Part shown: in pieces, positions 48,460-64,000 of the stretch
How positions within the stretch are numbered: position 1 is the first letter of the stretch
How the letters are laid out: every line of letters starts with the position of its first letter
Assembly: GCA_030704615.1 (NCBI GenBank)
Contig: CM060731.1
Coordinates: 48,918,001-48,982,000 of the forward strand
Length of the DNA: 64,000 bases
Source: Takakia lepidozioides
Lineage: Eukaryota > Plantae > Bryophyta
Reading direction: 5' to 3'
Program-made: the position numbers and the translations under genes
Notes under the pieces: model-generated
Told to the model about the DNA's origin: nothing
What the model saw: only the letters and a program-made list of their open reading frames with translations
Databases searched by the model: none

Positions 48460-48569
48460 TCATGCCGCTCACGCTTCCCTGAAGCGTGAGCTCAGCTCAC
48501 GCTTCAAAGCTTGAACGTGAGCTCAGCTCCCAGGCTCACGGGGCTGGGCTCACGCCGTAGCTACGCTGC
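48460..48569 (-). promoter_or_regulatory. Right terminus with clustered CGTGAGC motifs
   Basis: Reverse complement of 30611-30720 with one substitution. Confidence 0.6.
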
Positions 48570-50149
48570 CATAACAGCGGAGGCACGAGGGTAGAGGAGT
48601 AGAGGAGGAGCTTGGGCGGGGGTGCTCGGGTGTGCCATCGCTGGAAAAGCACTTGATTGTTGCCTGACTCTACCCTTGGTAAGTTTCGTTCAAGTTCGTG
48701 GCCAGTCGATTTGGTGTGCGGCATGAATTAGGTTCCTGCAAGCATGAATGTTTCTGTCGTAGCGCCTGGAAAGACATGGCAGATTGCCATCCAAATGATG
48801 ATCATGACTAGTAACTTTCCACTTGAACTCTACAAGTACGAGCCACCGCTGCGATCTTTCATACCTGATTCTATACTTCCTGCATTGTGCATTTGAACAC
48901 AGCGGTTAATTGCCTTTCTTGAATCTTGACAGTGATGCCTGTTTTGTTTATCCTTCTCTATGGTGTGTTCCTTGCTAGGTTGGTATTTCTTCATTTTTTT
49001 CCCTGCCCAGAGAAGGATATACTTACGTCTTGTTAGTGAGTCTTGTTGAGCTAATTTTTGGAGCTACCTGCTAGCAATTCATGTTGTAAAACCCTACAAA
49101 TTTAGGCTGCACAGTCATTCATACATGACAGTTTGTGGGGTATGTGACCATTACGGTGAGGATACCTGCACGATGAGTATTTATTGATCACAAAAATCTG
49201 CTTACTATTACCTTTGTGAGGGGCTCACAGTAGTTGAAGCTACCTTGATATATACAATTGGTTGCATCAATCTGCTGCGTCTGAGCTACCTATAGACCCG
49301 GGTGAATGCAGGGTTGACTGGACCAAAATAGACGTTACCAGCACAGTTTTAGATGACTGCAATTGATTGTGTCATCAATTGAAATTGAATTAACTCATTA
49401 AAACCAGCAAATATATATGTCATTGGATTCCTAGCTTCAATACACACCCATAGCAACTCTCCAATCATGAATTCGATAAGAAATGACTCCGCTATGGACT
49501 TTTGAACACCGTCATTGTGGACTGTTACCGCAATGAATGGAATTACAATGGACTCAAGTTCTCCTATGTGCCATTAGTGAATTCCATTGAAATTTGGACA
49601 TAAGGTGGCCATTTTGGTCCACATCATAGGTATGTATTTGACGTGGCAAAATCATTTGTCATTTGACTCATATGGACTAATATATGAAAAACAAAATAGG
49701 TGTTTTTGAAAAGTCCATAGCTCATCTTGTTTTTTGGATTTTGGGTGTCATTTTTTTTCTAGAAGTATAAAAACCTATAATCTTCAATGGCTAGGTGTCA
49801 TATTGAAATGTTTTTGTAAACTCTAATTTTTAGTTTTTCATAATTTCTCTAAATAATAGACTAAAATGTTTAATGAATTATATCTTTAATATTTGGGGTA
49901 GGACTCTTTACTAAATATGTTCAGTATACCATTATCTATCATTTAAAATAAAACTTTGGGTTAGTATCATCAATTTTATGTTTTGGTCATGGACTTTCAT
50001 GGAGCAGGATCTGCCGTTTTTGGTCCACTCAACCCTGCAACTGCCCATCCCAATAGGACTCAGGGCCTTAGGCTTAGAATCGATACTTTGAAAGTTGGTG
50101 AGCAGAGGTGCAGGGACTACACGGTCCTGAAGAGGGTGGCTCTCTGATG

Positions 50150-50800
50150 AGAATACCCACGGACACTGTTTTAGAAAATGGGTATTGCCTTCAGCGCGCC
50201 CACACATCGGGCATTGATAATCTCCCTTTCCTCTCTGCATGTGTTATTTGTTCAAGAATTGACCCCCTGCCCTGGGGTTAAATTTTAGTTTAATGCTGAG
50301 GATAGGTAGGCCTTTCAGTCTAAGGTCCACCCATGTCACAAACTGGAAACAAGTTCAGGGATGTTTATGCCTAACTTATTTTTGTTCAGGCATTATTCAT
50401 GCTTCCGACGTGGCTTTAGACACTTCAGCCTCCAAGTGAGCTTCATCCCAGCAGGGTCAGTTCATCTTGCCCAAACTTCAGGTACTTGAAACATCTCCTC
50501 TACCTTTTTCTGCCATGACTTAGCCTGTTTAACAGGACGGTCTTGCTTCCAAGAAATAGAGTCTGTCATCTTAGGGTATCTGGTATTAGGCACTGAGCCC
50601 ACCATCTGACCTTGAACTAACTCATGACTTTGAGAGGTCAAGGGTGGTGCGCCAAACTCACCTTGAACAGCCGCATTAGCTATTGTAGAGCACGCTGACA
50701 TGCTCTCTTTGAGCACCGAAAGCTAAATGGATTTTAAAGTTTTAGGCATGGTTGGAGTAACTGCTCTCCCACACGGCAATGCCTACTCCAAGGTAGGCCA
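50150..50800 (-). mobile_element. Degenerate LINE ORF2 C-terminal fragment
   Basis: ANAAVQGEFGAPPL (post-RT motif) and CPMCGRAEGNTHFLKQCP (CCHC) in broken frames. Confidence 0.55.
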
Positions 50801-52422
50801 ACATGGTCGTTGTAACTTCAGTATTAATCCCTCTGCAGTGGAAACATTTGAGTGAGAATATCCAAAGTTTGTGTTTAGTTGTTTGACCAGTTTTGTGTAT
50901 GTTCATCATAGTTACAACTGGAGGAGAACTCCACAGCAAGATATGTGCTGGAAGGGAGCACGCAGTGGTGGCGTTTAATGATCGTGGGGAGGGAGGAGGG
51001 GATCTGGCCTAATCTGGCCTACCATGTAGACTTGTGAACTGTTGTCGCTGGCTGGTTTCAAGTGAGAGTGCATGCCCTTTTCTGTCAAGCTGCATTTGTA
51101 TATGGCTTGTACCAAGTGTGGTTGTTGTTATAAAAAGGACGATATCAGCGAGGCAGGAGAAGAGTAGCAGATGTAACATATGTAGCTAAATGTAAAGTTT
51201 GTCACACTGGTACTGGGTACCAAGTCCAGTCTATTCAAACAGGTGAAGACACCCCTGAGTTTGTGTCACTTATCTTTGCTATTATGACTTGAAACTACTC
51301 TCCAACGAGCTACCCTTTTTGTGTTATAGTGAGGGGGGCAAGTGGATCCCATTTTTGGATTGCTGGACAGTAAACAGTTTTCTAGTGTGTGGAAGAAGGG
51401 CCCAATAGTGTGATTGTTGATTGCCAAGGAATTTTTGAGTGTCCGTGTTGAAAATGTTTGGTTTCTCTTGCTGCCATGTTAGTGCCTTGAAGAATTTACA
51501 TTTTACTGTCCTCTGATTCCATCAGCTTGCCTGCATATGTTGTCGCATTTGTGGGGCTACTATTCAACTTAAGTATGTCATGTGTTTGTGCAGCTGATTT
51601 GCAGGGATGGCAGGTGGCCTGCAGCTCTCCCTCACGTTACCTCCCACCACATCTTGGAAAAACATTTACAGGTGTGGCACCCCCTTAGCTTTTGTGCAAT
51701 CTGGTGTTCCCTACTCATATTTTCACTGATATTGCGTACCTCATGGCCTAGGTGGGGTAGAGGGGTAGAGTAATCTCTTGTTGTTGTTAGCACGTGACAG
51801 CCGAGCTCATCCTTGCGTACCTAATTACCTAAACTCAACCATGACGCTAGATTGACGAGGACCAATGCAAGAAGATGAGCCTTCAAGAGAGAGACACCCG
51901 GTTACATCACAAGAGGAGCAAGATAAAATAGAACACAAAAAAACTTGTCCCTTCTGTCAATCATTGGTTGGGATCGAAGAGGAATATGACAAAGCATATC
52001 ATCAATATTTGAATGTTGATTCTCTGAAATTGAACCATGTGGAGGAATATAGAATTTGGAAACGTGTGGAAAGCAGGTTTGTCATCTATGTGGATTACTT
52101 GCACTTCTTGAAGGCTGCACTTGCGTTCACCAGAGACGATCCAGATTTGGCCTCTGATTGAAAGGTAATTTCCTCGGTAATTTCATGACAGAATTAGGTA
52201 GTATGGTTGTCATGAAGCTGGAAATGTCAGTAGGTTGTTGGTTTTGTTGGTTTGTTGGTTCTCATGAAGCTGGAAATGTCGGTAGGGTGTTGGTTTGTAG
52301 CTCCATCCTTGCCCCCTCATGTTGCTATCTCCGTACATAACCAACCTGGAGTTGTAAAAAACTGGTTTAATGGGAGTGAGGGGCTGGGAGTATGTAGGGC
52401 ACTCAGGAAGCGGTTTAAAACA

Positions 52423-53700
52423 ATGGTGCAGTCGGGGAGTAAGTTAGAGAATTCACCTACGAAAACGAAGAGTTCCAAAGCGGCATCCGAGGATACTATG
52501 GGCGAATGAGGGGGGCAGAAATCAGCAGATTACTTCAGGGATGTCCTCAAGCTGAATGCGACAGGCAAGAATCCCAAACAACTTATCTTAGACAAAGACA
52601 TCACCAAAGAACAATGTGCAAAGTTGTTTGGACAACCTGCAAACAAGAATGACTACTTTTACATGGGTTGTACTGACAAGAGTCTGATTCCCAAAATCGA
52701 GGACCTGTGGAATAAGGTTCATGGGTATGACTGTAAGCCAACTGGTGGTATCATTGCAAACTTGATGGCAAGGGGCATTGTCTATGAAAAAAGGACTGGA
52801 CAAAAACTCAACTGGGCAGCATATGCGGTATGGACAGCTAAGCAACAAGAAAGAATGAAGGAGCATCGAGAAGCAAATGACCCCGACAGCACAGACAGTA
52901 AACCAAAGCTAGGAGTTTGTGAATTGAAAGAGAGGCTACGCAAAACCCCAGGTAGAGGCAAAGAAGGACTGAAACAAACGCCTGAGCAAGTAATTACAGA
53001 GATGGAAAGGAAAAAACATGAGCATGAGTATGTGGCAACTGCCCTAGCGAGTCTTCATGAACTACATGATTTGAAGTATAAAGAGATGTGTGGGGCAAAT
53101 GAAGAGTTAGAGAGGTTAAAGAAAGGGAAGTTGGACTTGATGGAGAAGACACGGACTGTTCTGGTGCAAATGGAAGACAGACAATGGTGACTTGCAGAGT
53201 GTCGGAACAAGATTGCAGACCTAGAGGCCAAACTCTCCTACAAGGGTGCCACAATCCGAGCCGGGGAAGAGACCTTAATGCAAAAAGGGGAAGAGAGTGT
53301 TGGGTTACTGAACTGTGGAAAGGGAAGGCAGTCTGAGATGCAAAGGGAACTTGACCAGAAGAAATCAATTGAAGCAGAATTTTGCCTCAATGATGATAAG
53401 ACCGAAAAAAAGTTCAATGCTTTGTGTGATGCAAGGGACCAGTAAGACAGGGACATTAGAGTGGCAGAAAATGTGGTTGATGTTGCTGACACAGAAAGGA
53501 GTCTTATCCAAGATCAGATTGAGGCCTTGACAAATGGGGACAAAGGACTCGCCATCTATCCTATGCCTATATGTCATCCTCAAGTGATCAAAGATAGTAT
53601 GTCCATCAAAGATTTCCACTGTTGGGACATGGTGGTGGTATTTTGTAAGCACACTTACCATCCCGCAAGCAAAGGTTTCTTGATGGAGAAGTTTTCTTAA
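52423..53700 (+). pseudogene. Disrupted gene: helical domain, coiled coil and RING-like remnant; probably transposon-borne
   Basis: Consecutive same-strand ORFs broken by stops and frameshifts: ARGIVYEKRTGQKLNWAAYAVWT, an E/K-rich coiled coil, then CWDMVVVFCKHTYHP. It is followed by GGTAA-rich repeats. Confidence 0.45.
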
Positions 53701-54207
53701 ACAAAAAAGGTATCTTGCTGGAGAAGTTTCCTCAAAATGAAGCTTCCTGAGCAATTTCCCAAGTTACTCTCAATAATTTGATAAACTCTCGGTAACTTGG
53801 TAAATTATGGTAAATCATGGTAACTTCCAGTAATATGATAATTTGATAACTTCTGGTATTTACTCCCGGTAAGTTCCTCTGGGCTATGTCCGTGACAAGT
53901 ACGTCAAAAAGGTCACTAGTCTTTGTATTGTACCCAATAGTTGTCTGAAATTTAACGCTTGGATGCTTGACTTGTAGAGTATCAATATGGTGGTGCTCGA
54001 TATATGTAGTAAGTTAAATGGATTTTTTGTGGACTTTGTCTCATTTACCATCAAATTCCAGTTCATGAAAGCTCACCCTCCAAAGAAGGCATTACCTTTT
54101 ATCTTAGGAGGCTTGACCACACTTTAAACCAAGGAAGCGTTTCAGAAGATTCAAATGCCTACATTAGTTATGTGCATAAATTTTTTAGTACTTCAATATC
54201 TCAATCA

Positions 54208-54440
54208 AAGATTTTCAGCAAGTTATATCAGTCAGATTTTCAGCTGAGCATTTTAGTAATTCAGCTACATTTTCAGCAAGATTTTGGGCAATTATTTTCA
54301 GTAATTCAGCTAGATTTTCAGCTAGATTTTCAGCCAGATTTTTAGCGAGTATTTCAGTATTCAGCGAGATTTTCAGCAAATATTTTATTATTTCAACTAG
54401 TTCTTCAACAAGTATTTTAGTATTTCAGTTAATATTTCAA
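54208..54440. repeat. Degenerate ~11-12-bp tandem repeat (AGATTTTCAGCW-like)
   Basis: Repeated gattttcagc / tattttcag / ttcagcta units. Confidence 0.7.
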
Positions 54441-54763
54441 CAAACATCTCCATATTTTAATAATTAGTAAATCTGAAGATCAGTTTTGTAATATCATACA
54501 TCAATAAAGTTCTGGACAGAGCCTCTTTCCCCGCCTTTATAAATAAATAAATACATATTTTTTCTTCTTATGCAGAATATGTTAGAAATATTCTTAAAAC
54601 GATATAGTTTGAATGTGTGCTTACCTTATTTCAATATAGTATTTTAAGACTTAGACTTTTAGGGTGGAGCCATTACGCGACTAGCCGCTTACTTTCTAGA
54701 AGCCAAGTTTTGCAAGCCTGACACACAGCTGCTACGAGTAAGTAGAGTTCACACTTCATACTT

Positions 54764-55998
54764 CTAGACTTGAGCGCTCAGATTGGGCTCGAAAAGAAGT
54801 TCCGGATATAAGCCCATATCATGTTGGTCAAGGACGACGTGGGTGATGCTCTGCACTCTGCCTGTGCTCCAAATCCTCTGGATGAAATTGAACTTTAGCA
54901 GGAGTCTTGACCTCGTAATGGAGTTGATGATGAGATGATCTTCTTGGACAACAACAGAGGACGGGTCGCCTGCGGTGGCCCACAGTCGAAGTTCCATGTC
55001 GCCTGGCGTCCGTGTGATGAGTGAGAACTGGTTTAGAGATGGTTCATACTTTCGGACATCGATATAGGCTAATTCCCCTGTCTCGTCGTTGAAGGAGCTC
55101 ATTGATTCACATTGACGTTGATACAGCGTGACTACAAGAAGAGAGCCCTCGTAGTTCACAATGTTACTTGTGCGACCTACATGATCTCTGTACACCCAGC
55201 GAGGAAATCTCTGGCAACCTGCTACGAAAACACCCATCTCCAAGTCGTAAGTGACAATACCGTCATCGCCGTCATCTACTGCCACCACCATGTAACGAGA
55301 TTGCCACATGTGACAATGTTATATCTCTTATGACCCACCACGCGAAATGTGCTGAATGGGAGGATACCGTGGGTGGCAGTCCATGCATCGGTGGACGAGT
55401 CATATACAAGCAAGCTTCTCATTTTTTCCACATGATATAGATAATCTTGAATGATGAGGACTTTGTACTTGTTCGTACCACTTTGTGCCATGTGGATCAC
55501 AGGATCTGTCATCGTTAGAGCTTCCAGACAATTGGAGTATTTAGGCAGCCTTTTCCACTGCCTTGTGAGTGGATTGCACACCAAAAGCGAAATTGGCAAG
55601 GGCCGGCATCTGAGAAAGTACTCCCCCATACAAAAGAGCCCTCCTGCTCCCGATTTGATGTGGGAGTATGCGGAAGGAAGAAATGACAGATTAGGCATGT
55701 TCCACCACCTTTCTGCTCCAAAATCGTATGCGACATAGTACGTCAAGTGCACCTTGTGCTGAAAGATGAGTATGGCTTTGAACTCTATCCCAGGATTCTG
55801 GACCTCCGAATGCATATCTATAAAATGGGAGGAAAAGGGAAAGGATTGCCACTTCTTACACGTTGACAGATTCCGGAATAGGGCTGGGATGGAGAGGCGA
55901 GCCGCAATTTTCTCTTTCAGGTCTTCTGGAAGGGATGCCCACAAATTTGGGTCCAAGTCCATGTCAAAAGCTGATTCTGAGATGTTTTCGATGCGCAT
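54764..55998 (-). CDS. F-box protein with FBA/kelch-like C-terminus, single frameshift near 55300
   Basis: LWASLPEDLKEKIAARLSIPALFRNLSTCKKW (F-box), GAGGLFC and LLVCNPLTRQWKRLP. The C-terminal half (IVTYDL...LLFEPNL) is in an overlapping frame. Intronless. Confidence 0.8.
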
Positions 55999-57479
55999 CA
56001 GTCTCTAGAGGTATAAAGTTTCTCGGACGCCCCACTTTAGCCACCACAAAGTATATGCATTGATCACTTTCGCCCTTCCCTTCAGGTCAGAAGGTTAAAT
56101 ACAATCAAGTTGATTTGCCACTTGCGTACGGTAAGCAATTTAAGAAGTTTTGAGGATGTAAGTTCTGTTGATCCAAGCTGGCGGCTGCTCAACTGGAGCT
56201 ACTGTTGGCTTTTCGGTTTAACATAAAATTTCTAGTCGAAGACACAATCTTTCCAGGCGCTTTAGTTTACTTTCCAGACGGTTATGAAACTTTTTATGTA
56301 ACTCCTAGAAGATCTGTAGTTCGTATGTTACGGTTCATTTCCACTTTATCTGGTGCCAGCTTACGTGATATATATTGAGTACCCAAGCAGTGGGGAAATA
56401 TGAGAATATATTAAATGCATTGCAGGCCATTGTAGTGACATGAACGTTCCAGATGGATCATGAAACTTTGCCAGTATGGAGTAAGGGAAACGAAGAACAA
56501 TTCCAACATTAATGTGAGTTCATGCACAGGAGCTCATGGGAGAGGGTAGGCAGCAAAGCAAGGACTCTTTCAGAATACATCAATGCAGCCTGTTAGATTA
56601 CAGAGAGACGCAGACAACAAGATGCACCGTTGATCTTTCTTTGGACATTGCCGTCCTCTCGACCTCGCCAGCACATTTTCAAAGTCTTGGGAGCAATTCA
56701 GCTTAGGAACTAGTGTGCGATAAGTACGGTTGGGGTGTTTGCTAGAACGAATCTTAGGCTGTGGTTGTCGGCTGCTAGCAGCAAGACGAGGATCTATGGC
56801 GCAGGAGGGATGGCTGCTCGGATGGCTGCAGCAACAGGGATAGGGTGTGGGTCCAGATTCATCCAAGAGGGCCGGCAAATAATACTATACCAGGACCACA
56901 GCTTCCGAAAAAGAACTACTGCCTCAGGCAGGGAGGCCATGTACAGTGCGTCTCAGCCCAAGCACATGAGTGAGGTGGACTGAAGACGTAGCAATATATA
57001 GCACTGAGTATGACTAAGTAGGCAGAAGCAGGCCCTGCAATTAGACGCTGTTCATCTCACGAAAGTGAGCAGTTTAAAGAGTTCGATTATTCCTCCTGTA
57101 ACCGTGTACTTACTTCGGTACAGCTAGGTGAAAGTGATACATTAGTTTCAGCAGAGTGAACAGCGATGGATATAAACTATATAATAAGGGTCATCATAGC
57201 TGAGCAGGCCTTGATTTGGCACCTGACCACCAAACTTCAAAGAGCACCCTGAAATCGAAGCTAGTCAAAGAAAGAGCATATTACTTTAGAAACAGATTCA
57301 AAGCGGGGATGCCGAATTCAAAACCCCAATGTATGTCCGAGCAGGAATCTACAAGAAAATCTATACACGCCCAAGGGAATAAAACTCTTTGTACTCCAAG
57401 CAAGGCTTCAGGAGTACAGATGATTAACTACTGGCTAAGCTAGATCAGCATGAATGAAAGCACTTGCTTACAAGAGAGG

Positions 57480-58200
57480 AGCTACTGGGGGATTTCTTTT
57501 AGCATGGTCTGTCCAGGAAGGACGTTAAGCAATAGCAAGGAAGGAGGGGGATTAATAGGGAAGGAGCCCCAGAAGGAGTAGAAATGCATCACCATTGACC
57601 AGACCTGCGAATTCTAGGACAGTAGAAGAGACAATACTAGTCCAGGGTTTCAGATCCCCTCAAGCAGAGTGCAAGTAGAATCAGACTGGTCTGTTACAGC
57701 TTTAGTGGGAAGAATCCTGTTGGCAATCTTCCAGAGGATTCTTCCAGAGGAAGGCTGACACTTTAGCTGGTCTGTCCTTCCTCCATATGTCATTCCAGAT
57801 CCCTTCCAGATATGACCCCAGGTGTCTCGAAGATGCAGATTGTTATCCCATTTAGTTTGCCACTTCGAGGAAAAGGACTGAGGAGGGGAGAGAAGGGAGT
57901 ACCCCATCTTGACCAAATAAGCGAAAAGGGGGAGTGTTTAGAATCCATCCAGCTCCACACACTAAGGTCGAAGTACTGTAAACCAGCCAACGGGTGACGC
58001 AGGAACCATGTGAACTTAGCATGCCAAGCCCATTCCATTTCCTTGCCCTGAGGAGGAACCGGATTAACAATGCCTGTCATCATACCTTATATGAAAGAGA
58101 GAGGACTTGTTCCTTTGAACAGGGAACAGTCATACCACCGAACTGGTCCACTTGAAAGCCTATCCCGGAAGCACAATCCTCTTGCCACGAGAGAATGAGG
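57480..58200 (-). mobile_element. Degenerate L1-clade LINE 3' fragment (zf-RVT region)
   Basis: WGHIWK...ILWKIANRILPT..CTL motif typical of zf-RVT, with multiple stops. Boundaries are approximate. Confidence 0.55.
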
Positions 58201-58769
58201 ATGACAATGGCCCCAGATATTGGCCCCGATGCCATCTAAAGGGGAGGAGCCCGAGTAATGTAACTGTTATGCGGTATGCATATTGTTGATGAGCATCTGA
58301 CGATGGATGTGACTCATATTGATTCCACGGCTATGTAGCTACTGGTAGGTGGAGAAAACATTAGAAGTGAGAAAAATCATGGATGGAAGGTGTAGAAAAG
58401 GAAAGCTCAGCTGGAGGATTGCCCGGAAGAGGAAAGAGGCGAAGCATGTCCCAGACACGAGGTGTATGTATCGCATGATTGGTGGACGAGAAGAAAGGAA
58501 TTTCTCTTTGCAACCAAAATGACAAGTTAGCTAGACTTGCTGTAAGTTGAGTTGATGAGGATCGTCATCAGCAACAAGTCAGCAAACCGCAGTGCCCATG
58601 TTCATCCCAAGATTGTAGGCCTATCTTTCGGAGTTTGAGATGCCAACCACTTTTCACCAAAGGGGTTCAATGTTCTTGCAAGCAAAATTCTCATCAGTGT
58701 GTGTGGCTTCAAGAAAGGTGAGCTAACGTTCTTTTTCTTAGAGGGGAACACCCCGAGCTGACACCGTAC

Positions 58770-58815
58770 CTGATTTGAACCCCGGCACTCGTTGCTCTAT
58801 CCAACTCCGCTACCC
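58770..58815 (-). mobile_element. tRNA-like SINE head
   Basis: Minus strand GGTAGCGGAGTTGGATAGAGC (A-box-like) ... GGGTTCAAATC (B-box-like). Too short for a tRNA. Confidence 0.4.
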
Positions 58816-59587
58816 ACTGGTAACAGTAGTAGATTTGGTAGTAGCTACTGTCTTTCTAAAAGCGGAGAATAACGTTAGTGGCGTGTCTTGTGGATCATTC
58901 AGAACACCACAATCGTCTGTGAGTCGACTATAAGAAAATGAGATTGAGGATTGTCCACACATGAGGTTTGGAGCAGTGGCGAATCAAGCCTCAACATGTT
59001 CAATATGGAGCGCACAGGGCTGGGGTATCCCACAGATTCCCCCATATCATGGAACTCACATGGCTGGGCACTCCAAATCAGGGCTCTTGAGCTAAAACGA
59101 GGATTATGTTGTGGGCCCTCCAAGCCTTTCGGAGCGGGGCCCATGGGGTGGATTACCAGGCTAGTCGGGAGATGATTATCCATTGCAGGATGTAGAGGTG
59201 GTGCAAGACAGCATGCAAAGCCTTGCAAGAAGTAGGCAGGAAATTATCTTGGGGTAAGCAACCCACTCGTGCCTGGAGGGATAATTCTCCGTGCTGTTGT
59301 TTCTTGGCAGTTTCACAGGCAGCCTGATGACTGGCTGCCAAGTGACAAATGCAAGCTTCCAATTGGGTCGTGTGGAAGAGTGAGGGCGCATGCATTGCTC
59401 GTTGTGGGGTCGAGCGACACGCGTGGCAGCACCTTCCACTTCCAGCGCTGCTGCCCACATTCATCCGATGGAGCAAAGCAATTTTGCACATTGTCAAATG
59501 AAAAGAAGTTCCTTTTCGTGTCTGGCATCGCAGCGCCGCTGCTCTACGCACCGTTGGCAAAGTCTAGGAGCTGCTACTCGGTCCCTT

Positions 59588-59598
59588 CCTTATAAGAC
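59588..59598 (+). promoter_or_regulatory. Putative TATA box of GAPC
   Basis: ccttataaga about 150 bp upstream of the ATG at 59740. Confidence 0.4.
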
Positions 59599-59739
59599 TT
59601 CCCGGTTCTGAGGTTTGCGTTGAGGAGGAGATCAATCAATCGGTTTCGGAGGTTTTGCGGGTCCGTTGTTTTCTTGAAGTCTTCTGCTGCTAGCTTGCAC
59701 ACGAGTGATTGCCCGATTTTCCGAATTGAGTCCGTAGCC

Positions 59740-63966
<4,227 letters not shown>

Positions 63967-64000
63967 TGAATACAGGAATTTTAAGGCTTGCCAATATACC

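Larger units (their letters stand above)
30611..48569. mobile_element. ~18-kb inverted-repeat structure of a Mutator-like transposon (two mirror arms around a hairpin array and a scaffold gap)
   Basis: Mirror coordinates sum to 79180 from the ends through the transposase (30611/48569, 31032/48148, 32558/46622). All ORFs are mirrored with few substitutions. Termini are (G)CAGCGTAGCTACGG...CCGTAGCTACGCTG(C). No TSD found. Confidence 0.9.

Noticed and set aside
30602-48578. 8-11-bp TSD around the palindrome
   Set aside because: The flanks gttcagaat and cataacagc do not match at any nearby register.
49390-49880. Possible piggyBac-like MITE (taactcattaaaac / gtttaatgaatta)
   Set aside because: Short, imperfect AT-rich inverted repeat without a clean TSD.

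Overview
Nuclear DNA of a seed-free land plant (inferred from spliceosomal introns, a flagellum-type tubulin glutamylase, PLS-class PPR remnants, and Bet v1, F-box and GAPC genes). Host genes: TTLL9-like glutamylase (minus strand, 3' end runs off the window), a Zim17/DNL zinc-finger chaperone, an orphan basic ORF, a PR-10/Bet v1 gene, a frameshifted F-box gene and cytosolic GAPDH (3' end runs off the window). They are interspersed with hAT-type elements, LINE remnants and tRNA-derived SINEs. The dominant structure is an ~18-kb palindrome (30611-48569). Reading inward, each arm carries a motif-rich terminus, a spliced ~1150-aa Mutator-like DDE transposase with GCM/WRKY-like and SWIM zinc fingers, a divergently oriented acidic/NLS exon, and about 28-30 copies of a 116-bp repeat, each containing an 18-bp-stem/4-nt-loop hairpin whose loop occurs in both orientations. 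The arms meet at a 500-N scaffold gap and no target-site duplication is visible. The palindrome may therefore be one element with giant inverted arms, or two near-identical copies joined across the gap. The transposase + acidic gene + hairpin-array module is present in both arms either way and is the best candidate for an undescribed system.
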